Positions 37,972 to 47,292 of a stretch of DNA of 64,000 nucleotides are shown piece after piece. The notes under the pieces are model-generated. The model had not been told where the DNA came from. It did no database searches and saw nothing but the letters and a program-made list of their open reading frames with translations. How positions within the stretch are numbered: position 1 is the stretch's first letter; the number at the start of each line of letters is the position of its first letter. This DNA comes from a virus (lineage: Duplodnaviria > Caudoviricetes): IMG/VR virus record IMGVR_UViG_3300037466_002336, positions 20,013-84,012 of that record; one strand, written 5' to 3'. The translations under genes were made by a program, and so were the position numbers.

Positions 37972-38358
37972 ATGGCGAAGAGCACCGAGTCCAAGGGCAA
38001 GCAGTACACGCCAGCGCAGCAGAAGGTCGTCGCGCGCATCGTCGAGCTGCGCAAGTCGGGGAAGGGGTACCCGGCGATCGCCGCCGAGCTGAACAAGGCC
38101 AAGACCCCGACGTTCGGCAAGGGCGCGCAGTGGTACGGGCCGGTCGTCCGTCACATCTGCATCCGCGAGCTCGGCTCCGCCGAGAAGTCGCTGAAGGCGG
38201 CGGGCACGAAGGCGCCGCAGCGCAACACCGACACCGTCGCCCAGGCCGCGGCACACGTCAAGCCGACCCCCGTCGAGGCGGTGCCCGTGAAGGCGACCGT
38301 GAAGCCCGACCCGAAGGTCAAGGGGTCGACCTCGCGCAAGTCGGCAACGAAGAAGTAG
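37972..38358 (+). CDS. Stand-alone serine-recombinase DNA-binding domain with Lys/Ala/Pro/Thr-rich tail
   Basis: VVARIVELRKSGKGYPAIAAELNKAKTPT...WYGPVVRHI. Confidence 0.75.
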   Translation: MAKSTESKGKQYTPAQQKVVARIVELRKSGKGYPAIAAELNKAKTPTFGKGAQWYGPVVRHICIRELGSAEKSLKAAGTKAPQRNTDTVAQAAAHVKPTPVEAVPVKATVKPDPKVKGSTSRKSATKK

Positions 38359-38370
38359 TCAGGTGGGGGC

Positions 38371-38435
38371 GGTGCCCCTACCGAGCGCGCGCTCCCCCTT
38401 TTGCGGCGGCGGGGCGCGCGCTCGGTAGCGGCACC
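38371..38435. terminator. 22-bp near-perfect inverted repeat
   Basis: GGTGCCCCTACCGAGCGCGCGC vs GCGCGCGCTCGGTAGCGGCACC, one mismatch, 21-nt loop. Confidence 0.7.
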
Positions 38436-38464
38436 AACCACGAACGCACAGGAGGCACGAGGCA

Positions 38465-39318
38465 ATGGACGCATACATCGAGCAGCTCACCAAGATCACC
38501 GCGGCGTTCAACGCCGTCGATGTTCACGCCGAGGTCGCGAACGTCGGCGATGGGTGCCTGAGCGTCGCAGTGTTCCCCCACGACGACGACCGTTGGGAGA
38601 CGGCGCTCGCGGGTGGCATGGGCGGCTACGACGACCCGCTGTCGTTCGACATCTTCGACCCGGACACCGGCGACCAGGTCGACACGCTCGGCGGCTACCT
38701 GGCACACGACGCAACGATCGCGCAGCTCGTCGAGGCGGTCGCGGTCAACGTGGTGTTCGCCGCGCTCCGGCGCGCAGCCGACCTCCGGTTCGTGAACCCG
38801 CCGTGCGCCCCGCACACAGTCGCGAAAGGGCGGGCCGCGTAGATGGTGAGGAAGAAGGGGCCGACCCCGCGTCGCAGGCACGCTGTCGAGGACAAGCTGC
38901 GCGCCGACTACCTCGCGCTCTACGAGGAGCTCGGCCGCGCGCAGACGCGCGCCGCGGACGCTGAGCAGGCGCTTGCGCTGGAGCGCCGCGAGGTCGACCA
39001 CCTGAATGACCTGTACACGGCGCAGACGCAGCGCCGCGCCGACGCAGAGCTGGCGCTTGAGCGGATCGCCGCGCACCCGCACGGAGGCATCCTCGTGAAC
39101 ATCGCGCGGCACGCGCTGTCGGAGGCGGCATGAGGGTACGCGTCGAGTACACCGTCGACGTGCCGGACGCGTACCGTCGCGCGATCAACTTTCACTACGA
39201 ACGGCCGGGGTTGGCGTCACCCGCGGCGGTTCGCGATTGGCTGATGTTGCACGGCAGCGCCCTGGACGACGACCTGACGTACGACCTTCAGCAACACGAG
39301 CCGGAGTGGTTCGCGTGA
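38465..39318 (+). CDS. Three hypotheticals (38465-38842, 38843-39133, 39130-39318)
   Basis: RBS or coupling and GC3 bias. Confidence 0.5.
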
Positions 39319-39360
39319 ACCGCCCGCTGGCGCAGGTGTAAGCGTTCAAACGACGACACG

Positions 39361-39388
39361 CCCGAGGCAGGGGCGAAGGAGGTAGTGG
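39361..39388 (+). promoter_or_regulatory. Leader motif variant CCCGAGGCAGGG...AGGAGGTAGTGG
   Basis: GTG start at 39390. Confidence 0.6.
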
Positions 39389-39389
39389 A

Positions 39390-40704
39390 GTGGACGACCC
39401 GAATGCAGACCTGATCGGCTTCGAGTACACGATGCGGAACAACGGCCGCTGGCGTGTGCGTGGAACCAGCCCGACGAGCGGCTCCGGCTACGTTGTGCTC
39501 GAGAACGTCGACGACCCGAGCGACACAGCGCTTCGACCGGCGGCGGTCGTGCGCATAAGAATGCATCTTGGTGCGCCTGAGGGACGGCCGTGACCGCGGC
39601 GATGATCCGCACCGCGGCCGCGCTTGTGGAGGAATACGACCTCGACAACGACGCGGTTGTGGCGTTCGTCGAGATCGGCAGCGAAGGCGCCGTGCTGCGG
39701 TTCGGTGCGAACGTGCCCGGCGGTGTGCTGGCCGAGTGGTGGATCGCCCGCGACGGCGCCTACCGGGAGCGCACGTGACTCGGCCGCTGACTGCGCTGGA
39801 AGAGAGCTCGTCTCGGACGAAGCGTGCGTGGCGCTATCGCGTCACCGCATCCGGCGGCTGTCTTGCCGAGCAGTGCCCTCCGGGGACGTTCCTGCTCGAA
39901 TGGGAGAACAAGGGCGACGAGTACGACTGGAACGTCTACGACAAGGGCGAGCAAACCGGCTTTGCAAGCGGCGTTCTCGTCGGCACCGGCTGGATCGTGG
40001 ACGACAAGTTCAAGGCCGATCCGCAGAAGTGCATGGCGTGCGGGAAGCGCAGGAAGGTCGCCGGTTGGTGGCACTCCGAGGCCGACGATCCTGTCCTCGA
40101 TCCCGTCTGCTCTGAATGCGGAGGCGCTCATGCGTCGTAACCGAATCCACGCTTCGAGTTCCGACACCTGGGACGCGTTGGCCGCCGAGGTGCGCGCCGA
40201 CCGTGTCGTAGCCGAACGCGACGAGGCGCTCGCCCAAGTGGACGCGCACGCCGCACCGGAGTGGAAGCAGCTCGCGTACGAGGCGGTGCGCAACGTCGCC
40301 CGCCGGCGCGCATCGTTCATCAGCGACGACGTGTGGGCGCTCACCGACCTGCCGCCCGCACGCGAGGATCGCGCGCTCGGTCCGGTGTTCCGCAAAGCGG
40401 CACACGACGGGCTGATCCGCAAGACCGACCGAACCCGGCCGTCGGTGCGTTCGCACCTTTCCGGCAAGCCGGTGTGGGAGTCCTTGATCTACGAAGGGAG
40501 GGCCGCGGCATGAACGGCAAACAGAGGGTGAAGGTCGCGGCGCTGGAGCGGCGCCGTGACCACCTCGTCGAGCGGTTGGCCAAGTGGGAGCGCGGTGACC
40601 CGGCCCGCACGCGCGGCGAGCTCGCGGCGGTGGGGTGGGCGTTGCGGCTGATCCGGGCGGCCGACAGCGCCGACGTGTTGAACGAGCTGGAGAGCGTGGC
40701 CTAA
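39390..40704 (+). CDS. Five small coupled hypotheticals (39390-39593, 39590-39778, 39775-40140, 40130-40513, 40510-40704)
   Basis: Overlapping stop/start pairs and GC3 bias. Confidence 0.5.
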
Positions 40705-40718
40705 GACAACGACAACCG

Positions 40719-40745
40719 GCCGGGCAGGGCCGAAGGAGGTAGTGG
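40719..40745 (+). promoter_or_regulatory. Leader motif GCCGGGCAGGG...AGGAGGTAGTGG (copy 3)
   Basis: Followed by AACATG at 40749. Confidence 0.75.
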
Positions 40746-40748
40746 AAC

Positions 40749-40994
40749 ATGGCGAAGGACAAGCAGACGGCGCACGCGCCGGACGCGTCAACGGTCGGCT
40801 ACGTGGTGGTCGACTTCAACCGGGACACCGGCAAGCCGTCGTTCGCGTGGAACGACGAGATCCACAGCACGGTGACGGAGGCCGCCGACGACGCCGAGCA
40901 GGCACGCGGCCTTGACCGTGACGAGTACGCGGTCGCTGAGCTGCGGCTGATCGAGAAGCCGCGCGCCGGTTCTGTGTCCGAGGTGGCGGCGTGA
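40749..40994 (+). CDS. Hypothetical protein, 81 aa
   Basis: Strong RBS. Confidence 0.6.
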   Translation: MAKDKQTAHAPDASTVGYVVVDFNRDTGKPSFAWNDEIHSTVTEAADDAEQARGLDRDEYAVAELRLIEKPRAGSVSEVAA

Positions 40995-41908
40995 AGTTGG
41001 TGATTGCAAGCGCCAAATCCACCAACTCGAAGATCGGCGACGCGGCAACCACATACGCGGCGCAGCAGTCGTGCCCGACGTCGTGTGTGTTCCGTGACGG
41101 CGGCGGCTGCTACGCGGAAGCGGGCAGCATCGGCAAGTTCATCACCGACCGGTTGAACGCGTCGGCGGACGGTGTGACGGCGCTCGAGGTGGCGTACGCG
41201 GAGGCGGCAGCCATCGACCGGATGACGGTCACACCTGGGAAGCCGATGCGTCTGCATACCGTCGGCGACTGCGCCACCGACGAAGCGGCACGGATCGTTG
41301 CGGCGGCATGCGACCGGTACGTACAGCGCGGCGGCGGCACGGTTTGGACATACACGCACGCGTGGCGTGACGTCGCCCGTGAGTCATGGGGGAACGTGTC
41401 GGTGCTCGCGTCATGCGAGACGGTCGCGGACGTCTTTTGGGCGAGGCAGCGCGGCTACGCGACGAGCATCGTCGTGGACAAGTTCCCGACCGAGAAGAAG
41501 TACGAGCTGGTCGACGACATGTCGTACCCGTGCGGCCCTGGCCCCGACGGGCACGTAGGCGGGTTGGCGCCGCATCCCGGACAGGACGTCGTGCCGTGCC
41601 CGTCACAGACCAGGGGTATCCACTGCACCGACTGCCGTCTGTGCTTCGACGACGGCAAGCTCCGGCGGGGCGGCGTTTCGATCGGCTTCGAGGTGCACGG
41701 CACCCCGCTCACACAGAAGAAGGCGCTGCGCGCGTTGGATGCACCCGACGACCCGGAGCGGCGGCTCACGTCCCGTGACCATGCGGTGCGGTTCCGGGAT
41801 ATGAACGGCCGGTGGCCGCGGCCGGTCGAGCTTGCGACGGTCGCCGGGGTGAACACGTCGAGCGCCTCCGAGATGCTCCGCCGGATGCGCGACGAGGTGG
41901 CGGCATGA
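40991..41908 (+). CDS. Cys-rich Gp88/DUF7227-like protein
   Basis: SCPTSC...GCYA, RLHTVGD, WTYTH, VLASCET, CPSQ...CTDCRLC. Confidence 0.6.
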   Translation: MKLVIASAKSTNSKIGDAATTYAAQQSCPTSCVFRDGGGCYAEAGSIGKFITDRLNASADGVTALEVAYAEAAAIDRMTVTPGKPMRLHTVGDCATDEAARIVAAACDRYVQRGGGTVWTYTHAWRDVARESWGNVSVLASCETVADVFWARQRGYATSIVVDKFPTEKKYELVDDMSYPCGPGPDGHVGGLAPHPGQDVVPCPSQTRGIHCTDCRLCFDDGKLRRGGVSIGFEVHGTPLTQKKALRALDAPDDPERRLTSRDHAVRFRDMNGRWPRPVELATVAGVNTSSASEMLRRMRDEVAA

Positions 41909-43689
41909 CCGCGCTCGCGGAGATGGTCGTGACCGACGACGACATCGACAACTGCGGGTTCCGCATGTTCGAGCTGCACGAGATCGCCGCGACGATGGCG
42001 TTCCACGACGACTACGTGGTGCTCGGGAACAAGCGCGAGCGGATGGCGCAGTACGGCGGCGCCGTCACCCCGCCCGTGGCCGAGCTGCTGTTCAGCCGGG
42101 TGCTGGAGGTCATCGCGGACGTCGTCGACGGCGACCCGACGTTCAAGGACATGTTCTGCGGCGCCGGCGGCACGTCCCAGGGCGCACGCAGGGCGGGCGG
42201 CAAGCTCGTGCTTGGGCTGAACCACTGGCGCCGCGCGATCGAGTCGCACAGCGCGAACTTCCCCGACGCCGACCACGACTGCGCCGACATCAGCGCGCTC
42301 ACCACGACGCAGATCCGTCGGTACCCCGACAGCGACGTGCTGCTCGCGTCGCCGGAATGCACCAATCACAGCATCGCGAAGGGTGGGCTGCGCAGGAAGC
42401 CGCAGGCGGCGTCGTTGTTCGACGACGGCCCGGCCGGGGACGACGAGCAGGACCGGTCGCGCGCGACGATGTGGGACGTCGTCCGGTTCGCCGAGCAGAA
42501 GCAGCTCAAGGGCAAGCCGTACAAGGCGATCATCGTCGAGAACGTCGTCGATGCGTTCAAGTGGGGCGCGAACGACGACGGCGGCCTGTTCGCCGCGTGG
42601 CGGATGGCGCTGACGAACCTCGGCTACGAGTCCGAGATCGTCTATCTCAACTCGATGTTCGTGCCGCCGACACCACAGTCGCGGGACCGCATGTACGTCG
42701 TGTTCTGGCAGAAGGGCATCCGGCGACCAAACCTCGAGGTGGACCCGGTGTCGTGGTGCCCGCACTGCGAGGCGGTCGTCAACGGCAGGCAGGCGTGGAA
42801 GAAGCCGACGGCACCGTGGGGCCGGTACGGGGCGCAGTACCTCTACCACTGCCCCGACTGCAACCGGCCGGTTCTGCCGGGCGCCTACCCGGCCATCAGC
42901 GCGCTCGACCTCTCCATCCCGATGACCCGCATCGGCGACCGGGAGAAGCCGCTCGCGAAGTCGACGCGGGAGCGGATCCGGCGCGGGCTGCCGAAGCTCC
43001 AGGAGCCGTTCGTGATCCGGCTGCTGCACGGCGGCGTGCCGCGTCCGCTGACGCTGCCCATCGTGTCGCTCACCCGGCGGCAGGACATGGCGATCACGGT
43101 GCCGACGTCAGGGCAGACGCACGAGCGGACGCCCGGCAACCGCACCCGCATCGCCGACCTTCAGCCGGGGGCGACGGTGTGCGCAGCGACGCGCTCCGTC
43201 GACCGTGCGCTCGTCACACCACACGACACGTTGGTGATGGCGAACACCGAGAACGGCGTCCCGCGCCCGGCCGCCAAGCTCGCCGCGCAGACGTTGCGCA
43301 CCGAAGGCGGCCTCGGTGTGGTGCGTCTGCGAAACAACGGGCAGGTCACCGACGCCGCGTTGGAGTACGCCGGCGCGGTCACCGCGGGCGGCAAGCACCA
43401 CGGCCTCGTGATGCGAAACAACCGCGGCGGCGGCGAGATGCTGACACCGGACGACACCGAGCCGTTCCGTGTGCTCACGACGCGGTGCCATCAGTCGCTC
43501 GTGGTCCCGTACGGTGCGCTCGCGCGCGACGGCGGACTGGAACCGTCGGCGACGGTCATGACCCACGACCGGCACGCGCTGATCGTTCCGCCGATGGGCG
43601 GTGTCGACCCGCGCGACGCCGCGCTCGAGCCGGGGCCGACACAGACCACTACGACACGGGCAGCGCTCGTCACGAAGGAGGTGGCGTGA
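41905..43689 (+). CDS. C5-cytosine DNA methyltransferase, circularly permuted (motifs IX-X before I)
   Basis: FRMFELHEI...QYGGAVTPP precede FCGAGG (42154), SPEC (42349), ENV (42538), PQSRDR. Confidence 0.85.
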   Translation: MTALAEMVVTDDDIDNCGFRMFELHEIAATMAFHDDYVVLGNKRERMAQYGGAVTPPVAELLFSRVLEVIADVVDGDPTFKDMFCGAGGTSQGARRAGGKLVLGLNHWRRAIESHSANFPDADHDCADISALTTTQIRRYPDSDVLLASPECTNHSIAKGGLRRKPQAASLFDDGPAGDDEQDRSRATMWDVVRFAEQKQLKGKPYKAIIVENVVDAFKWGANDDGGLFAAWRMALTNLGYESEIVYLNSMFVPPTPQSRDRMYVVFWQKGIRRPNLEVDPVSWCPHCEAVVNGRQAWKKPTAPWGRYGAQYLYHCPDCNRPVLPGAYPAISALDLSIPMTRIGDREKPLAKSTRERIRRGLPKLQEPFVIRLLHGGVPRPLTLPIVSLTRRQDMAITVPTSGQTHERTPGNRTRIADLQPGATVCAATRSVDRALVTPHDTLVMANTENGVPRPAAKLAAQTLRTEGGLGVVRLRNNGQVTDAALEYAGAVTAGGKHHGLVMRNNRGGGEMLTPDDTEPFRVLTTRCHQSLVVPYGALARDGGLEPSATVMTHDRHALIVPPMGGVDPRDAALEPGPTQTTTTRAALVTKEVA

Positions 43690-44164
43690 TGTACCTCGTC
43701 ACGGTTCGCGTTCGCATGGCGGGCGACCCCGGTTGGGAGCACAACCTCGAAAGCGACTTCGAAGACGCGGCCAAGCGGTACGGGTACAACGACGGGTCGC
43801 GGGAGACTGTGAAGTTCGACGTGGCGATCCGCACCGTGCACGCGTTCCTCAAGATCGACAACGCGGCGTTCATTGAGGATGCGGTCAGGCGCGCGGTCAG
43901 AGACGTGATCGACATCGTGTCGCCGTGCGCCGGCGCCGGGCTTGCCGTGCTTGCGGTGAACGCGGAGGCGACGTGATCGAAGCGGTCGATGCTGTGCCGA
44001 CGAAGCAGCCGCCTGCGGACGTGAAAGCGGAGCTGCTGTTGCGATGGTCGCGCACCCTCAATGAGCACCGGCTGCCGTTCCGTGAGTGGTTGCGCGCCGT
44101 CACGGCAGGGGCGCTCGAGCCGGGGCCGACGCAGACAACGACCACCAGGGCGGCGTTCGTCACG
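43621..44164 (+). repeat. 54-bp diverged direct repeat (43621-43674 and 44111-44164)
   Basis: About 46/54 identical, first 20 bp exact, same peptide encoded. Confidence 0.85.
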
Positions 44165-44412
44165 TCGCCGGAAGGGAGGAACGCATGATGAGGGGAACGC
44201 TGTACCACCATCCAGGCGAGGGCGGCGACGAGCGGTTCCTGGTCGTGCTCGACTACGAGCCGCCGCGCGAGTCCGGAAAGATCGCCGTCGTCGACGCGCT
44301 GATCCTGACCCCGACCAACATGCTCGCGGCGGTCGGTCGGCGCGTGGCGATCCCTCGCGACGAACTGGAGAGCGGATGGCACGAGCTCGACGTCGACGAG
44401 GCGGCGGAGTGA
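43689..44412 (+). CDS. Three hypotheticals (43689-43976, 43973-44188, 44185-44412)
   Basis: Coupled; the middle one ends with a copy of the MTase C-terminal peptide. Confidence 0.5.
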
Positions 44413-44585
44413 CCGTAACCGTCGACCTCGCCTACCTCCGCGATCGTCTCGCCCGCGCTCGGCTTGCCGGCGACGACGGGCGGAACGTCAACATCTACTG
44501 CAAGGGCGAACCGGCGGAAGCGGTAGTCGTCGGTCCGGGCCGGCGCGGTGTGTCTGTGCTGCGGCACCGCGGTGCGGGTGGTGAC

Positions 44586-45068
44586 GTGAGCGCGGCGGCA
44601 ACGTTCTCGCCGTGTCGCACATGGCGGTACACGCTGCACCGCGACGTCGCACCACTCACCGGAAGCGGACGCGTCGCGTTCATCGGGTTGAACCCGTCGA
44701 CAGCCGACGAGACGCGCGACGACCCAACGATTCGGCGGTGCATCCGCTTTGCACGCGACTGGGGCTACGCCGAGCTCGTGATGCTCAACGCGTACGCGTA
44801 CCGCTCAACCGACCCCGCCGGGCTGTGGGAAGTCGGCGATCCCGTCGGTCCAGACAACGACGAGTGGATCGCCCGCGAGAGCGGAGCCGCGAACCTCGTG
44901 GTGTGTGCGTGGGGCGTCCACTGCGACGAGCAGCGGGAGCGCGAGGTGCTCGCGTTGCTGCCACCGCGCCCGCGCGTGCTCGGGTTCACAAAGGACGGCC
45001 ATCCGAGGCACCCGCTGTATATGCGCGCGGACACGACGCCGGTCAAGTGGTGCCCGGAGGCGGCGTGA
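44586..45068 (+). CDS. DUF1643 protein (frame is open from GTG 44409)
   Basis: FSPCRTWRYTL, FIGLNPSTAD..DDPTIRRC, NAYAYRSTDP, HPRHPLY. Confidence 0.85.
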   Translation: MSAAATFSPCRTWRYTLHRDVAPLTGSGRVAFIGLNPSTADETRDDPTIRRCIRFARDWGYAELVMLNAYAYRSTDPAGLWEVGDPVGPDNDEWIARESGAANLVVCAWGVHCDEQREREVLALLPPRPRVLGFTKDGHPRHPLYMRADTTPVKWCPEAA

Positions 45069-45340
45069 TGGCGGTGTACGTCGACGACGCGTTCATCCCC
45101 TGGCGGCGCGGCGTGTGGTGCCACATGCAGGCCGACAGTCTCGACGAGCTGCACGAGTTCGCCGCGCGCCTTGGGATGAAGCGTGAGTGGTTCCAGCCCG
45201 GCTCGCGGCCCGAGACGGCGCACTACGACGTGACGAAGACCCGGCGCGCGCTCGCGGTGAAGCTCGGCGCGATCGAGGAGACAACCCGGCAGGGTTCCGA
45301 GCGGCGGCGCGCAGCGGCGCGCAGAAGGCTGGCCGCGTGA
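45068..45340 (+). CDS. DUF4031 protein
   Basis: VYVDD...WCHM.ADSLDELHEFA..LG.KR.WFQ...HYDV. Confidence 0.85.
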   Translation: MAVYVDDAFIPWRRGVWCHMQADSLDELHEFAARLGMKREWFQPGSRPETAHYDVTKTRRALAVKLGAIEETTRQGSERRRAAARRRLAA

Positions 45341-45972
45341 GCCTCCTGCTGCACACAACGGCGCACGCAACGATGCTGCGCTGGCGGCATCCGCACAGCG
45401 GCCGCCTCCTTCAGCCGCGCCATTACGGCCAGGCGGCCGAGACGGCGGCGGCGGGCATCCCGTGGGCGGCTGACAACGACTGCTACCAGGGACTCAACGA
45501 GGCGGCGTACACCGCGATGCTCGACGCGATCGCCGGGGTGCCCGGTTGCCTGTTCGTCACAGCCCCCGACGTGGTGGGCGAGCACGGCCTCACCGACCTG
45601 TGCTTCGAGGAGTGGGCGCCGCGGGTGCATATGCGCGGGCTGCCGGCCGCTTACGTGTTGCAGGAGGACGGACCGGAGTACGAGTCCCGTCCGATCCCGT
45701 GGGGTGCCATCGACGCGTTGTTCATCGGGTTCGCGCTCGACGACAACAAGCTCGGGACACGGGCCGCCCAGGTGGCGCGGGAGGCGAAGCGCCGCGGCAA
45801 GTGGGTGCATTGGGGCCGCGTCAACTCGGAGCGCCGCATCACCTACGTGAAGTCGACAGGCGCCTGCGACTCGTTCGACGGCACCGGGTGGGCGAAGTGG
45901 CGCGACGCAAACCTGCCGCGCGGGCTGGCCGCGGCCGCGGCGCCGACACAGCTCGCGTTGGAGTCCGCATGA
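45337..45972 (+). CDS. TGT/DpdA-like TIM-barrel protein (divergent)
   Basis: WAADNDCY, APDVVG, WVHWGRVNS, CDSFDGTGW parallel the DSG, DV, H.FG and S.DS motifs of DpdA. Confidence 0.5.
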   Translation: MSLLLHTTAHATMLRWRHPHSGRLLQPRHYGQAAETAAAGIPWAADNDCYQGLNEAAYTAMLDAIAGVPGCLFVTAPDVVGEHGLTDLCFEEWAPRVHMRGLPAAYVLQEDGPEYESRPIPWGAIDALFIGFALDDNKLGTRAAQVAREAKRRGKWVHWGRVNSERRITYVKSTGACDSFDGTGWAKWRDANLPRGLAAAAAPTQLALESA

Positions 45973-46175
45973 TCGCGACGCGGGAGCAGCTACTCGAACG
46001 GTGCCTCGCGGAGCAGCGCCGAGCCGACCGGCACAAGGCGCACGCGTGGCGGCTTGGCCGGAGGCTGCGTCAAGCGGAGGAGGAGCTGGCGCGCGCGAAC
46101 GCGCGGCTCGAGGAGCTGGAGTGCGAGGTCGCAGCGATGTACGCGACCACCGACGCGACACGGGAGCCGTTCTGA
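45969..46175 (+). CDS. Small coiled-coil hypothetical
   Basis: Coupled. Confidence 0.45.
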   Translation: MIATREQLLERCLAEQRRADRHKAHAWRLGRRLRQAEEELARANARLEELECEVAAMYATTDATREPF

Positions 46176-46654
46176 TGGGCTGGACGGTGTGGACGGACGG
46201 CTCCGGCACCACCGGTGGCCCGGCCGGTGTCGGCTTCTACGCGATCTGCGACGACGACGCTTTCGGGGAAGGCACGTTCACCGGGTCGTTGTCGTTGCCG
46301 AACGCGACGAACCAGCAGGCGGAGCTTCTCGCTGCTGCGTTCGCGCTGCACTCGCTGACGGAGCTGTGCCAGGGGGAGCAGCAGGACGTCACGGTGGTGT
46401 CGGACAGCGAGTACGTGGTGAAGGGCTGGAACGAGCAGCGCCGTAGGAAGGCGAACGTCGCGCACTGGCAGCGGCTCGACCGTGCCGTGGCCGAGCATCG
46501 TTCGGTGACGTTCATGTGGACGCGCGGGCATGCGGGGACGGAGGGAAACGAGGAGGCTGACCGTTTGGCGCGGGTGGCGCGCGAAGAGGCGAAGCAGCAG
46601 GCTGAGCCGCCCGAGGACGTGTGGATGCAGCTTGCGCGCGAGGCGGCGGCGTGA
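46175..46654 (+). CDS. rnhA: Ribonuclease HI
   Basis: TDGS, TNQQAEL, SDSEYV, RGHAG..GNEEADRLA. Confidence 0.9.
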   Translation: MGWTVWTDGSGTTGGPAGVGFYAICDDDAFGEGTFTGSLSLPNATNQQAELLAAAFALHSLTELCQGEQQDVTVVSDSEYVVKGWNEQRRRKANVAHWQRLDRAVAEHRSVTFMWTRGHAGTEGNEEADRLARVAREEAKQQAEPPEDVWMQLAREAAA

Positions 46655-46890
46655 ACGATCAGCTCGCGCTCACGGTCGAGCCTGCTTTGCGTTGGACCGC
46701 CCGCTGCATCTGGTGCGGTGCGGTGCTTGACGACTTCACCGACGAGGAGCTTGCGACGGTGGCCGCGGGGATGCCGGAGAAGGCGTGGCAGGAGGCGACG
46801 ATGTGGGCGCACCTTGCGGTCAAGGTGCACGAGCCGACGTGCCCCGAACGCGCATCTTCACAAAACCCGAACACCACGTCGGGGGCATGA
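46651..46890 (+). CDS. Hypothetical protein
   Basis: CIWC and HEPTC; coupled. Confidence 0.45.
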   Translation: MNDQLALTVEPALRWTARCIWCGAVLDDFTDEELATVAAGMPEKAWQEATMWAHLAVKVHEPTCPERASSQNPNTTSGA

Positions 46891-46920
46891 TGCGAACATG
46901 GCGGTGGAAATACCCACCAC

Positions 46921-46932
46921 GCACTAGGAGGC
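46921..46932 (+). promoter_or_regulatory. Motif variant GCACTAGGAGGC
   Basis: One-base insertion, 9 nt before ATG 46942. Confidence 0.6.
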
Positions 46933-46941
46933 GCTACCGCA

Positions 46942-47238
46942 ATGACCCTCACCACCACCCTCACGATCAAGACAACCCCGGAGCTTCAGACCGGCGACGT
47001 CGTTGTCACCCACGGCATGCGCTGCTTGATCGACGGCGAGATGCGCGTCACCGAGTACGGCGACCGCCCGGTACATCACTACCAGGCGCTCGTGCTCAAC
47101 CGCGACGACGTGCCGAACGAAGTCGTCCCGGTGAGCTGGACGCGCGACTGGCAGCGCAACGGCCGCCCGGCCGAAAACGGAGAGCACCGCTGGACGATCC
47201 AGGGCAACGACCTCGCCCGCTGGTCGGTCGAGAACTAG
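46942..47238 (+). CDS. Hypothetical protein, 98 aa
   Basis: Strong RBS, GC3 bias. Confidence 0.6.
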   Translation: MTLTTTLTIKTTPELQTGDVVVTHGMRCLIDGEMRVTEYGDRPVHHYQALVLNRDDVPNEVVPVSWTRDWQRNGRPAENGEHRWTIQGNDLARWSVEN

Positions 47239-47260
47239 GAACCGTCAACCCGCAGACGTC

Positions 47261-47289
47261 GCCGGGCAGGGCGGCACAGGAGGTAGTGG
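47261..47289 (+). promoter_or_regulatory. Leader motif GCCGGGCAGGG...AGGAGGTAGTGG (copy 4)
   Basis: Followed by AACATG at 47293. Confidence 0.75.
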
Positions 47290-47292
47290 AAC

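Noticed and set aside
44061-44585. Long N-terminal extension of DUF1643 in the ORF track
   Set aside because: Overlaps better-supported small ORFs; the domain starts near 44586
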